NCBI GenBank assembly: GCA_023426275.1
Contig: JAFABC010000086.1
Location: forward strand, 7,806 to 71,805
From: Pseudomonadota bacterium
GTDB lineage: Bacteria > Desulfobacterota > Desulfovibrionia > Desulfovibrionales > Desulfovibrionaceae
Reading direction: 5' to 3'
DNA length: 64,000 bases
In this document: one piece after another, positions 1 through 9,365 of the stretch
Layout: each line of letters starts with the position of its first letter
How positions within the stretch are numbered: position 1 is the stretch's first letter
Position numbers and translations under genes: made by a program
Notes under the pieces: generated by a model
The model's input: only the letters and a program-made list of their open reading frames with translations
Told to the model about the DNA's origin: nothing
The model's database searches: none

Positions 1-231
1 GTTCTCCATTAGTCCATATTTCAAAAATATTTTTTGACCATTCAATATGTTACGTTTTGTAAAAACAATTGCACCAGATTGGTCCACAATTGTTTCTGGA
101 ATCGGTGGGGCGTTCTTGTAAGAATAAAATGAAATCATAATTTCTATGGAGAATCCCATTGCAAGAGCTAGAATAACACCCTTGCGCCACCATGGTGATA
201 AAGTTTTATCACTATTAAGTTCGGTATGCAT
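1..231 (-). CDS. norB: Quinol-dependent nitric oxide reductase (qNOR) large subunit, N-terminal part; runs off the window
   Basis: Not in the ORF track; translated by hand as MHTELNSDKTLSPWWRKGVILALAMGFSIEIMISFYSYKNAPPIPETIVDQSGAIVFTKRNILNGQKIFLKYGLMEN. The TM helix + APPIP...GQ.IF.KYGLM pattern matches the qNOR N-terminus. GGAG-type RBS upstream. Confidence 0.8.
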   Translation of the reverse strand, partial: MHTELNSDKTLSPWWRKGVILALAMGFSIEIMISFYSYKNAPPIPETIVDQSGAIVFTKRNILNGQKIFLKYGLMEN

Positions 232-404
232 GACCCCATCTCCGTTACAGTTATTGGCCGCAAGAGTAAACTGAAGTAAACAAACCTTCCACATTCTTAC
301 ACAAGAAGAATGAAAATTGAATCGGACATCTCGTTTTTCTCTAGCGCACGAGAACGAACATGGCTCACCCTACTTTACATATTTGCCAATAATAACCACC
401 TTGA

Positions 405-1592
405 CTACAAAGCCTCTGCCAGCAACCGCCCAAAGGCTTCGCATTCTTCTTTCGCAGTAGCATCCGGTTTCCATAACATCTTCAATCCATCACCAACCAT
501 CTCAACCCCTGCTTTTTTCAGGGATTCCGAAATAATCTTGACGCTTTCACCGGACCAGCCATAAGACCCGAACGCCGCCCCTTTTTTGCCCTTGAAGGCA
601 AGACCGACAATCATCTCCAACATCCCAGCCATGTGCGAAAGCAATCCTTTGTTAATGGTAGAACATCCTGCAACTACCATTTTGGAGCGAAAAACTTCGG
701 CGATGATATCATTTTTATCGCGCTGCCCAACATGATAGCTTTTGATAACAACGTTTTTATCCACCTGCCTGATGCCAGAGGCTATAGCATCCGCCATGTC
801 TCTCGTGCTGTTCCACATCGTGTCGTAAATTATCGTAACCTGATTTTCCTGGTATCCGTTTGCCCATTCTAAATATTTATTAACTATTTGCATTGGATTG
901 TCTCGCCATATTATTCCATGGCTCGGCATAATGAAGTCAACAGGTAGCTGCATCGCAACTATCTCAGTGATTTTTTTGGCAACAAGAGCGCTGAATGGGG
1001 TCAAAATATTTGCGTAGTATTTGAGACATTCATACATCAGATCATTCTGGTCGACCAGTCCATTGAACATTAGACTCGAAGCAAGATGTTGACCAAAGGC
1101 ATCATTGCTAAACAAAATATTTTCCTTAGTCATATAAGAAAACATGGAATCCGGCCAATGTAACATTGGGGCCGGCACGAAAGTGAGTGTTTTTTCTCCG
1201 AGGGAAAGGGTGTCACCCGCCTTCACAATCTGAAAATTCCAATCAGTGTGATAATATCCTTTAAGAATTTTGACCGCCTGCTGCGTACAATAAATGGGCA
1301 CATTCGGTATTCTGCGCATTAATGCTGGCAGCCCACCACTATGATCAACTTCGCTGTGATTCATGACAATATAGTCAATCTTTTTGAGGTCAAATTCCTT
1401 TTCAAGATTGTCTACAAATTCATCACCATACGGCCTGTAAACGGTGTCGATGAGAACATTCTTTTCATCACGGACAAGATAAGAATTGTAGGATGATCCT
1501 TTAAAAGTCGAGTATTCCTCGCCATGAAATTTTTGCAATTCCCAATCAATCTTGCCGACCCAGGTCACACTTTCTGTCAATCTTCTAGACAT
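405..1592 (-). CDS. fprA: Flavodiiron protein (FprA/ROO/NorV family NO/O2 reductase)
   Basis: Metallo-beta-lactamase diiron motifs HSEVDH, HWPD, NDAFGQH, PSHG plus a C-terminal flavodoxin domain (AFGSYGWSG). Start placed at MSRRL after an AAGGGA RBS. Confidence 0.93.
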   Translation of the reverse strand: MSRRLTESVTWVGKIDWELQKFHGEEYSTFKGSSYNSYLVRDEKNVLIDTVYRPYGDEFVDNLEKEFDLKKIDYIVMNHSEVDHSGGLPALMRRIPNVPIYCTQQAVKILKGYYHTDWNFQIVKAGDTLSLGEKTLTFVPAPMLHWPDSMFSYMTKENILFSNDAFGQHLASSLMFNGLVDQNDLMYECLKYYANILTPFSALVAKKITEIVAMQLPVDFIMPSHGIIWRDNPMQIVNKYLEWANGYQENQVTIIYDTMWNSTRDMADAIASGIRQVDKNVVIKSYHVGQRDKNDIIAEVFRSKMVVAGCSTINKGLLSHMAGMLEMIVGLAFKGKKGAAFGSYGWSGESVKIISESLKKAGVEMVGDGLKMLWKPDATAKEECEAFGRLLAEAL

Positions 1593-1703
1593 GGCATTCC
1601 CTTGCTTTGCGCATGATCGTAATTTTGTCACCATTCTTTTGGCATGCTTTTCTCATGTAGCAATGCCATCTCGGCCAGACAGACTCCCCGATATAGTCTT
1701 GAC

Positions 1704-1719
1704 AGCATACTTTTTGCCA
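1704..1719 (-). promoter_or_regulatory. Putative sigma54 (-24/-12) promoter of fprA
   Basis: Minus-strand TGGCAAAAAGTATGCT has GG-N10-GC spacing, about 110 bp upstream of the start. Confidence 0.5.
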
Positions 1720-1884
1720 TCTAGATGTGTAGCATATCCACCTATAATATTTGCTAAATTTACCACCTGTTGATATTGTTAATACTACAACGAGGCCAAA
1801 AAACATCCTCACGATTCCCAAAAACAATCACACTATATCTGATACAAGCGGCCTTTGTCTTTGACTTAAGTCAAATTGTGAACT

Positions 1885-2523
1885 GAGACTGCTGCATAAT
1901 CCACGCGAGCCGCTGTTTGCCCCGTTTTTCAGGTTCGCAAGGCGATAGTCGTGACCGATTCTTCCCCCAGGTGCCGGATGATTTCACCCCCTGGCGGCAT
2001 TTGCCAACCAAAGGGGTGGCACGTCCGCTCAGCAGGCGACCTTGAGGACCACATTTCTCAGATTGAAGGCCATGGCATCAAGCAGGAACTCCAGTTCGAC
2101 CTTGGCCAGATCGTGGCGGAGCCCGGCACCTCGTCGTAGTCCAAGAAAAGACCTACGAACCGGACAGAGGACGGGTGATCGCACAAGGCCTCTTCCGCCG
2201 CCATGTCGCTGAGGGTGTACCAGCGTTGGAGCAGGAGAATCTTGAACATGAGCAGTGGCGGATAGGCCGGTTTGTCGAGGGCATTGGCAACCCGCTTGAG
2301 CTTTTGGCGAAGCACTTTTTCGATCGGTTTCCAGTCGATGAGGCGATCGATCTCGTTCAAGAAGTAGTCCTTGTGCTTGCGGCGTGCGGCGACATAGTAG
2401 GCAATACCAGGCTTCTTGGAAGTGCGTTCGCTCATGGTCGCCTCCATCGCTTTAGATGGAGAAAGTATATGTCAATTACATAAATTTACAATATTTTATT
2501 GGAATATGCCGTACATTGGTCTC
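1885..2523 (-). mobile_element. Internally deleted IS5-family element; transposase pseudogene at 2058-2447
   Basis: ORF has IS5-type N-terminal motifs (LIDWKPIE, PAYPPLLMFKILLLQRWYTLSD, EEALCD) and no DDE core. Imperfect terminal repeats GAGACTGCTGCA (1885) and GAGACCAATGTA (rc, ending 2523). Confidence 0.75.
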
Positions 2524-3268
2524 GAACTTGGTTTGGACTACATAGTATTCGGGAAGGTGGACCGTCCGATTCCACCAAGCTGCCGTCACGCAGATAGAAC
2601 ATCTGGTCAAAACGGCTGAAAATTTTTTCATCATGTGTGACGACCAGCACCGCTGCCCCCTGCTCGCCGGCTACCTTGCGCAAAAGATCCATCACGACGC
2701 CCGCACGCTCCGAGTCGAGAGCTGCGGTAGGCTCGTCGGCAAGGATGATGCGAGGATGATTGGCCAAGGCTCGGGCGATGGCAACTCGCTGGGCCTCACC
2801 GCCCGACAGTCTTGAAGGCATGGTCCCGCTGCGATGGTCCACCTGAAGGTATTGTAACAACTCCAAAGCACGACGCCGCGCCACAGCAAGGCCAAGGCCG
2901 GCAATTTCCAATACCACCGAGACATTCTCGAGAGAATTCAAAAAAGGAAGGAGGTTATGAAACTGAAAGATAAAGCCAATGCGGTTAAGTCTCAGACGAC
3001 GTAGATCACTCTGCATCCATTTCCCATCATAAACCACCTGTCCACCCAGTTCCATGTACCCACTACTTGGTTCCAGAATGCACCCGACAATATTGAGCAA
3101 GGTGCTTTTTCCAGAACCGCTGGGCCCCAGCAGCCCAACCACCTGTCCGGCATCAACATGTAAGTCAATCTGCCGCAAGGCTTCCACCCGGGCCTCGCCC
3201 TGACCAAAGGACTTGGATAAGCCCCGGATATTCACCAACGGTTTCGTGCTGGAATATGCAGTGGCCAT
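2486..3268 (-). CDS. ABC transporter ATP-binding protein (LolD/MacB/DevA type)
   Basis: Walker A GPSGSGKS, LSGGE signature, ILADEPT Walker B, VTHD. The C-terminus reads into the IS end. Confidence 0.92.
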   Translation of the reverse strand: MATAYSSTKPLVNIRGLSKSFGQGEARVEALRQIDLHVDAGQVVGLLGPSGSGKSTLLNIVGCILEPSSGYMELGGQVVYDGKWMQSDLRRLRLNRIGFIFQFHNLLPFLNSLENVSVVLEIAGLGLAVARRRALELLQYLQVDHRSGTMPSRLSGGEAQRVAIARALANHPRIILADEPTAALDSERAGVVMDLLRKVAGEQGAAVLVVTHDEKIFSRFDQMFYLRDGSLVESDGPPSRILCSPNQVRDQCTAYSNKIL

Positions 3269-3271
3269 CTC

Positions 3272-4405
3272 TCACCCTCCCAAGGCTACTGCGGGCTCGA
3301 CCTTCAAGGCAAGGCGTACGCCCATGCCACTTGCCAATATACATATAAAGAGCACCACTACAGCCAAGGCTAATCCATCACTGGGCAGTAGGATCACTCT
3401 TCGCGGGAAGTGGTCCTTGGCCAAGTTGATGAGCAATGCACCCAAAACAAAACCGATGACCGCCATGGTGAGAGCTTCCTGAATGATAAGCCCAACAATT
3501 GTACGGTCAGGGGCACCTATGAGCTTGAGCGTAGCGATCTCTCGCACTTTATCCATAGTCATGTTGTATAGAATAAGGGCGATGATCACCGCCGAGACAG
3601 CAAGCAAAATCACTGTGAAGAGCCCGATCTGGCGACGTGATTTGTCCACCACTGACTTCGTAAGAATATTCTCCTGCTCGGTCTGGCTCATGGCGGTGAG
3701 GTGCTTCCATCGCTTAATCGCCCGAACCACTTGGTCCGGTGGGGTTGCCGGTTCGACCTTGGCAATCACGGCATTGACGACATCAGTACTGATTGATGCT
3801 GCCCCGCGTTCGGCTTCACGGCGGGCCACCGGTGGCTCCAGTTCGAATTGCAAGGTTTGGGCGTCCAACAACCGTAAATACACGACTGGATCGCCGCCGG
3901 AAGAGACTTGGTCTTGTGTCAAGCCAACCACGGTAAAAACATTGCGGCCCAGACGTACCTGCTCTCCCAACTCCAAACCCGTTCTTACATCTGCCAGTAT
4001 CTCGTAATGACTGCGGGTCATGAAGCGACCAGCACATAGTTTTTTGGGTCCCCCCAGCCGGCCAAGCTCATATCCCACCACATAAAGCCGTAATTTGCGG
4101 CCTGCATGATGGGCTTCCACCGATTGATATGTTATGGAGCCGACCTCGGACACATGGGACAGGCTGGCGATCATTTCCCGGGTGTCCCCCGGAATCCGGG
4201 AGGATTCTGCGAAAGGCCCTCGTTTCCCGGCCTCCACTACCCACACATCGGCTCTTGGCTCTCTGGACAGAGACAAAGCCTCTTCCACCAATCCACGGTA
4301 AATGCCGATCATGGACAGCACCAGACCTAACAACAAACTTAGGCCGAGGCACGTAAGGACAAACCGCCCCAAGCTGTGGCGTATATCGCGCATAGCCAAG
4401 TTCAT
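3272..4405 (-). CDS. ABC transporter permease (FtsX/MacB-type)
   Basis: One N-terminal TM, large periplasmic domain, three C-terminal TMs, REIATLKLIGA motif. Confidence 0.9.
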   Translation of the reverse strand: MNLAMRDIRHSLGRFVLTCLGLSLLLGLVLSMIGIYRGLVEEALSLSREPRADVWVVEAGKRGPFAESSRIPGDTREMIASLSHVSEVGSITYQSVEAHHAGRKLRLYVVGYELGRLGGPKKLCAGRFMTRSHYEILADVRTGLELGEQVRLGRNVFTVVGLTQDQVSSGGDPVVYLRLLDAQTLQFELEPPVARREAERGAASISTDVVNAVIAKVEPATPPDQVVRAIKRWKHLTAMSQTEQENILTKSVVDKSRRQIGLFTVILLAVSAVIIALILYNMTMDKVREIATLKLIGAPDRTIVGLIIQEALTMAVIGFVLGALLINLAKDHFPRRVILLPSDGLALAVVVLFICILASGMGVRLALKVEPAVALGG

Positions 4406-5565
4406 TGCCTGCCTCCGATTTGCTCCGTCGCCCGTCGCCCCTGGCGTAGGCCGGTTGGTAACTCGGCCAGGACCTGAGCTCCTTCGGGCAACTCCCCAAT
4501 AACCGGTAAGCGTCCGTCAAGGGTGCTTTGCCCCAAGACCACACGGCGAAGGTTAAGATGGCCATGCTCCAGAGTCCATATTTTACCGCCCTTGCCATCG
4601 TAGCCTTGCACTAAAGTCTCCGGGATCAACACAGCATTTTTCAACCGTCCGGTATTGATGACGACTTCCGCCTGTTCACCTAGATGATACTCCCGGGGGC
4701 AATGCTCCCAGGCTACATATACGCGACGTTCTTCGCCCACCCGGTCACTCTCCAGATCAATACGCACCACCTTGCCTACAAATCTTTGCCCTGGCAGGGA
4801 GCGCAGCCGCAGCTCTGCTGGTTGTCCTGCTTCTATGCGACCAGATTTGGCCTCATCCACAAAGGCCCGCACCCAAACAGTACCAGCGTCCACCAGGGTG
4901 AAAACCGCATCACCAGCTGGTAGCACTGTTCCCACTTCCTTAAGGCGGCTGATGATTTGGGCGTCGTATGGGGCAACTAATACATGTTGTGCTAAAAGCA
5001 CTTTTTGCAGGTTTACCTGGGCTGTGGCATCGTGCAAGTCTGCCTTCGCCGCCGTCAGCCCGGCTTCTGCTTGTGCGACTTCGGCCTTCGCAGTTTGGGC
5101 AGCGGCGTTTGCCTCTTCGGCTTCCTCTCCAGCCAGCACCCCTCTTTGCAGTAACATTTGGCGGCGACGGTTATTTTGCAGCTTGAGCGTAAATGTGGTA
5201 TGGGCTTTCTCGAGATTTGCCTTAGCCAATTGTAGATTTGCCTTGGCCTTTGCCTCTTCAGCCATTGCCTTGGTTAGTTGATTTTGTTGCTCTCTGCTAT
5301 CAAGAGTCGCCAGCGTTTGGCCTCTCTTGACAATATCTCCATGATCGACACTCAATTCCTGTAATGTACCGGCCACGTTAAACCCCACCTTCGAGAGCAC
5401 TTTTGCTTCAACCGTTCCCAGGCCAAAAACTTGCAGGGGGACTTGTTGGGCGGGCTCAACAATTGAGACAGAAAGTTGTTTGAAATAATGAATGTAAAGA
5501 ACATTGAGAAATACCACGAAAGGAATTAGAAAAAATATTTTCTTACTTGGTCTGAGCATAGTCAC
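4402..5565 (-). CDS. Efflux membrane-fusion (periplasmic adaptor) protein
   Basis: N-terminal TM, lipoyl half-motifs (GDIVKRGQTLATLD; LVAPYDA), long coiled-coil hairpin. Confidence 0.9.
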   Translation of the reverse strand: MTMLRPSKKIFFLIPFVVFLNVLYIHYFKQLSVSIVEPAQQVPLQVFGLGTVEAKVLSKVGFNVAGTLQELSVDHGDIVKRGQTLATLDSREQQNQLTKAMAEEAKAKANLQLAKANLEKAHTTFTLKLQNNRRRQMLLQRGVLAGEEAEEANAAAQTAKAEVAQAEAGLTAAKADLHDATAQVNLQKVLLAQHVLVAPYDAQIISRLKEVGTVLPAGDAVFTLVDAGTVWVRAFVDEAKSGRIEAGQPAELRLRSLPGQRFVGKVVRIDLESDRVGEERRVYVAWEHCPREYHLGEQAEVVINTGRLKNAVLIPETLVQGYDGKGGKIWTLEHGHLNLRRVVLGQSTLDGRLPVIGELPEGAQVLAELPTGLRQGRRATEQIGGRQ

Positions 5566-5574
5566 CCTCGCTTT

Positions 5575-6174
5575 TCACTGTGTCTTCTGTAGACAACAAA
5601 GCAGTATATCCAAAAGCTTCTCGCCTTTTACGACGAGATCAAAAGAGCGTTTGTTCAGAGACCAATGTGTAGCCAAGCCCGGTGGTATTATCAGCAACAA
5701 ACTGGCAATTTCTTGCGGATTCGTGCCTCTTGGCAAGTCTTTCATCTCCTGTGCTTGTTTAATTATATCTGTAAGCGTGGCGTGAAGAGACGCAGCCATG
5801 ACTTGAAAAGCTTGACGTAACCCTTCATTTTGGGAATGTAGTTCCCTTGAAAAAATCAATGAATGAACAGCTGGTGTATCCTGAATGAACTGGAGCTGTG
5901 CTTCTATAAGTCGCTTAATATGCAGCAGGGGATGCGCATCAAATTCATGCATCGCCGCCCAGCGCCGTTGTGCCTCCGTGACCACCCAATCTGCCACGGC
6001 AAGCCAAAGATCATTTTTTGTCGGAAAATGCCTAAACAGTCCGGCCTGAGTGATACCCACCCGATTGGCCACTGCCTGGGTCGACACGCACTCTGGACCT
6101 AGCTCGGCCACCAGAGCGAGTGTCGCGGCGACTATATCCATCTTGCGATCAGCCCCACTTTTCCGAGTCCCCAT
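5575..6174 (-). CDS. TetR/AcrR family transcriptional regulator
   Basis: HTH VSTQAVANRVGITQAGLFRHFPTKNDL; start at MGTRKS after AAGGAG. Confidence 0.92.
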   Translation of the reverse strand: MGTRKSGADRKMDIVAATLALVAELGPECVSTQAVANRVGITQAGLFRHFPTKNDLWLAVADWVVTEAQRRWAAMHEFDAHPLLHIKRLIEAQLQFIQDTPAVHSLIFSRELHSQNEGLRQAFQVMAASLHATLTDIIKQAQEMKDLPRGTNPQEIASLLLIIPPGLATHWSLNKRSFDLVVKGEKLLDILLCCLQKTQ

Positions 6175-6189
6175 TGAACGCTCCTTAGC

Positions 6190-6232
6190 TAGCGAGTAAT
6201 TACTTACTAAGGTCACAAAAAAAAAGTGTCAA
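6190..6232 (-). promoter_or_regulatory. Sigma70 promoter with overlapping palindromic TetR operator
   Basis: Minus-strand TTGACA-17 nt-TAGTAA, overlapped by the near-palindrome TAGTAAGTAATTACTCGCTA directly upstream of the tetR RBS. Confidence 0.6.
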
Positions 6233-6403
6233 GTCCTTTTGGTCCTTCAGTTCAGAATCACCTTCTCCATTGTCTAAAAATAATAAAATAAATCTAGCCT
6301 GTTATTCCTATAAGCCCGAGGAATGATTATTTCTGTAATGGACTAGGCCAGTTTCCGGCAAGCACACCGGCCACGCCCATTTTCCGCAGACGAGGTGCCA
6401 AAT

Positions 6404-6580
6404 GCGTCCCACGCGTCCCACGACTCCAAGAGGTGGCTCTATGCAACCATGAGGCACATTTTCCCCAGCGGACGCATATAATCCGTCCCATGTGTCCCAA
6501 GGGGAGCCGACCAGCTCACCAGCCTCCCTGCCCCGCTCGGTTTTCGGCAGAGGATGCGAAAAATGCGTCCCATGTGTCCC
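6404..6580. repeat. Three regularly spaced GTCCCA-doublet repeats (iteron/arm-site-like)
   Basis: CGTCCCACGCGTCCCA (6405), CGTCCCATGTGTCCCA (6484), CGTCCCATGTGTCCC (6566); spacing 79 and 82 bp. Confidence 0.6.
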
Positions 6581-6763
6581 TGGTCCACTGGACCAACAAT
6601 TCCTACCTGATAACACTGAAATATGATTCTCCAGCCCGGATAACCGCTGGATTTGGATAACTTTTGGAGAACCGGGAATGTCCTGGAGAAGATCGATTTT
6701 GTCCAACAGGCCTTATCCATCTCTTCAAATTCTCCAATGATATCAGAGGTTGCAAACGACTAG

Positions 6764-6815
6764 TGCTCCTTTGGGAGCAGGATGCCGGGTGTTCAAATCA
6801 CCTCGCCCCGACCAA
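6764..6815 (+). repeat. att-like copy 1 of the tRNA-Pro(TGG) 3' half (not an intact tRNA)
   Basis: TGCTCCTTTGGGAGCAGGATGCCGGGTGTTCAAATCACCTCGCCCCGACCAA contains the TGG anticodon loop, the T-arm GTTCAAATC, the acceptor 3' strand and CCA. The 5' half is absent. Identical to 13258-13309. Confidence 0.88.
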
Positions 6816-6822
6816 GAATATC

Positions 6823-6858
6823 AACGGCTTACATGGTACCCATGTGGGCCGTTTTGTT
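6823..6858 (+). terminator. Post-tRNA-fragment hairpin terminator
   Basis: AACGGCTTACATGG..CCATGTGGGCCGTT followed by a T-rich run. Confidence 0.6.
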
Positions 6859-6955
6859 ATTTGTCCCACATCTTTGTCCCCCCCGATGTTGACGACCTTG
6901 CCATCCGTGCTTTTTTCGGTTTTGAGCTTCGCCAAAAGGGCTACGGCCCGCTCGT

Positions 6956-8065
6956 TCATTTCTGCCCCAGAACCTTTTCCAGGGCCTTGGCAAAGGCTGC
7001 CATGGCCGGTTCCCCGGCCAAGGACACGCGAATCCAGTTGGGATAGCGAAAGCCGGTCATGGTGCGCACCATCACGCCCTCGCGCATGAGCTTGCGGTAG
7101 AGCAGGGTGTCGGAAAGCGGCGTGCGGACCATGATGAAGTTGCCTGCCCCGCTCACGTATTCCAGCCCCATGGCGTCAAAATGGTCGCGTAAAGCGCGCC
7201 TGGCTTCATCCACCATGCGCCGGGTGGCGGCGATATGACCGGCGTCGTCTGCCAAGGCAGCCGTGGCTGCGATCTGGCCCAGGATATTTACCGAATAGGC
7301 GATGTGGGTGCGCCGGACGATATCCACCGCATCCAGGGAGCCGCACAAGTAGCCGATTCGAAAACCGGCCAGGCCGTACATCTTGGAGAAGGTGCGAAAG
7401 ACCAGGACGTTGTCATGGCGCTCCATGATATCCAGACCGTCGGGGAAGTCCGGATCGTCCAGGAACTCGCGGTACGCCTCGTCGAGCACCACCAAGGCCC
7501 GGCCGTCGAGGGCGGTCAAAAAACGTTCCAGGGTGGCCCGGTTCCACCAGGACCCGGTGGGATTGTTGGGATTGCACACGAAGACGATCCTGGTGCGCGC
7601 CGTGACGGCCGCCAGCATGGCCTCGGGGGACAAGGCCTGATGCTTGAGCGGTACCAGATGGGCTTCGATCCCGGAAAATTTCGCCACCCATTCGTAGACG
7701 GCAAAGGTCTTGTCGGCGGTCACAATGGCGTCGCCAGGTCCGCAGAAGGCCCGGATGACGGAGCTTATGACCTCGCAGGAGCCGTTGCCGACCAGGAACC
7801 GGTCCGGGGATTTGCCAAAACGGACGGCCAGGGCCTGACGCAAGTCGTAGGCGTCGCCGCTGGGATAGATGGCGCCCCGTTCGGGCCGGAAGGTGGCAAT
7901 GGCTTCCTGGGCCAGGCGAGGTGGTCCCAGGGCGTTTTCGTTGTTGTTGAGCCGAAAAAGGTGCGCCACGCCGAACTGGCGCATGAGTACCGGATCGGGC
8001 CGGCTGGGGACGTAGCGCTCGAAGGACCGGACGTAGTCCGGGACGCAGTCAAGCAAGCTGCTCAT
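6956..8065 (-). CDS. PLP-dependent class I/II aminotransferase (HisC/CobD-like)
   Basis: LNNNEN, GNGSCE, CNPNNPTG, LDEAY and the PLP-lysine motif RTFSKMYGLAGFRIGY. Start MSSLLD overlaps the upstream gene's stop. Confidence 0.88.
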   Translation of the reverse strand: MSSLLDCVPDYVRSFERYVPSRPDPVLMRQFGVAHLFRLNNNENALGPPRLAQEAIATFRPERGAIYPSGDAYDLRQALAVRFGKSPDRFLVGNGSCEVISSVIRAFCGPGDAIVTADKTFAVYEWVAKFSGIEAHLVPLKHQALSPEAMLAAVTARTRIVFVCNPNNPTGSWWNRATLERFLTALDGRALVVLDEAYREFLDDPDFPDGLDIMERHDNVLVFRTFSKMYGLAGFRIGYLCGSLDAVDIVRRTHIAYSVNILGQIAATAALADDAGHIAATRRMVDEARRALRDHFDAMGLEYVSGAGNFIMVRTPLSDTLLYRKLMREGVMVRTMTGFRYPNWIRVSLAGEPAMAAFAKALEKVLGQK

Positions 8066-9365
8066 GCTGCCAGACGACCTTGTCCGCCTGCCCCCCCTGG
8101 GGGAGGACGGCCATCGGCGCGAAACCGGCCTGGAGCAGGTCTCCGGCCAGCGCCGCCTCCCACGGGACGGAGAGATCCATGGAGTACAGGATGGTGCCGA
8201 TGCCTTTATGCCGCAAGGTCGCCACATGACCCGCCAGATTGTCCGCCAGGTCTTCGCCGTCGAGAAACGGTTCCAATTCGGCGATACTCCGTATCCGATC
8301 ATAGGAGGCGCCAAGCAGCGACTCCCGCCTGGGGCGGCCGGCCGGCGCGTCCACAAGCAGAATGTCCCGGGGCAGGGCCAGCCGGTCATAGGTCCGGCGC
8401 AGGAAACTCTCCAGTTGCGGCGCGCACCAGACCGCCAGACCATTATCCTCGCGCAGATGGCGGAACACCACCGGGTGGTGTTCCAACCGACCGTCCGTCA
8501 TGGATTGGAGAGACCCCAGGGGCTCGAAGGAGGCCTGGGGGAGATCGACGGTGGCCCGGAAACTGAGCACGATGCTGTGCGGTCCCCGGGCCACGGCCGA
8601 CAGGAAGCCGTCGACCAGGAGCCGGGCCACGCTGGCCGCCGTTTCCGGGGAAGCAAACACAAAGGGACCGGAAAAATACAGGCCCTGCCCGCTGCACGGG
8701 CTCCAAGTCAGCAGGCCGGCCGTTTGTCCGTTGGCGTCGCAGGCCAGGACGCAGGCAACCTGGCCGTCGGCCACCATATCGGGAAACTTGGCTGGCGTCC
8801 GGAAGCTGCCCGGGCACTGCCAGGGGGGATAGGCGGAGATGGCCAGAGTGGCGGCCTGGGTGAGCTGCGCCGGGCTGGGATTCGGGTGGATCGCGAAGGG
8901 CGGGCGCAAACCCTCGGGAAGGCGGACCGGCGCGACGGGCGGATACGCTCTGTCCACCGTGGCTTCGAGGAGGAACCGGTCTGCGCCCTGATGCTTGAGA
9001 TGGAAACGATCCGCGGCCTTGCCGGCCAGGAGCAGGCCGATATCCCCGGCAAACGCGTCGCCGGTCGTGCAAAACGAGGCGCGGGAGGTAATGTTCAGCG
9101 CGCCAAGGGAAAGGTTGCCCGCCTGGAAGGCAAACGAGGCGCGCAACTGGTGCCGGTTGCAGGTAAGATCAATGGTGAGCGGCCGGCTGCCCTCGGCGAG
9201 GCCCGCGAGGCACAGGCAGAATTCCTCGACGGTCAACTGGAAGCGGTAGCGTTCCCTCTGGCCGAAGCCCGCGCGTTCCGCCAGGACGTTGGCCAGCCCG
9301 GCCACGGGACAGGCAAAGGTGGTTTCCGCCGGAATCTCCAGCGACACGCGGACGTCCTCGGTCAT
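8049..9365 (-). CDS. Degenerate anti-sigma-kinase-like (HATPase_c_2) domain fused to a GNAT-like domain
   Basis: N-terminus resembles 14350-15813 (FQLTVEEF vs LELAAEEA; IGLLLAGKAAD vs LGLKLIRHAAD) but lacks the N-box Asn and DxG. C-terminal LLQAGFAPMAVLP resembles the GF.AG..P motif of the two paralogs. Confidence 0.6.
   Translation of the reverse strand: MTEDVRVSLEIPAETTFACPVAGLANVLAERAGFGQRERYRFQLTVEEFCLCLAGLAEGSRPLTIDLTCNRHQLRASFAFQAGNLSLGALNITSRASFCTTGDAFAGDIGLLLAGKAADRFHLKHQGADRFLLEATVDRAYPPVAPVRLPEGLRPPFAIHPNPSPAQLTQAATLAISAYPPWQCPGSFRTPAKFPDMVADGQVACVLACDANGQTAGLLTWSPCSGQGLYFSGPFVFASPETAASVARLLVDGFLSAVARGPHSIVLSFRATVDLPQASFEPLGSLQSMTDGRLEHHPVVFRHLREDNGLAVWCAPQLESFLRRTYDRLALPRDILLVDAPAGRPRRESLLGASYDRIRSIAELEPFLDGEDLADNLAGHVATLRHKGIGTILYSMDLSVPWEAALAGDLLQAGFAPMAVLPQGGQADKVVWQHEQLA

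Noticed and set aside
6400..6580. CRISPR array
   Set aside because: Repeats are only ~16 bp, degenerate and three in number, with ~65-bp gaps and no cas genes in the window.
6308..6720. ORFs 6308-6706 and 6439-6720 as real proteins
   Set aside because: No recognisable family or RBS; their repeated peptides derive from the GTCCCA DNA repeats.
6740..6815. Intact tRNA-Pro gene (also at 13235-13309)
   Set aside because: Only the anticodon loop to CCA is present; the upstream bases cannot form the D-arm or the acceptor 5' strand, so these are att fragments.
6956..8443. 495-aa extended aminotransferase as given in the ORF track
   Set aside because: The first ~125 codons overlap the upstream gene; the family-like sequence starts at MSSLLD (8065).
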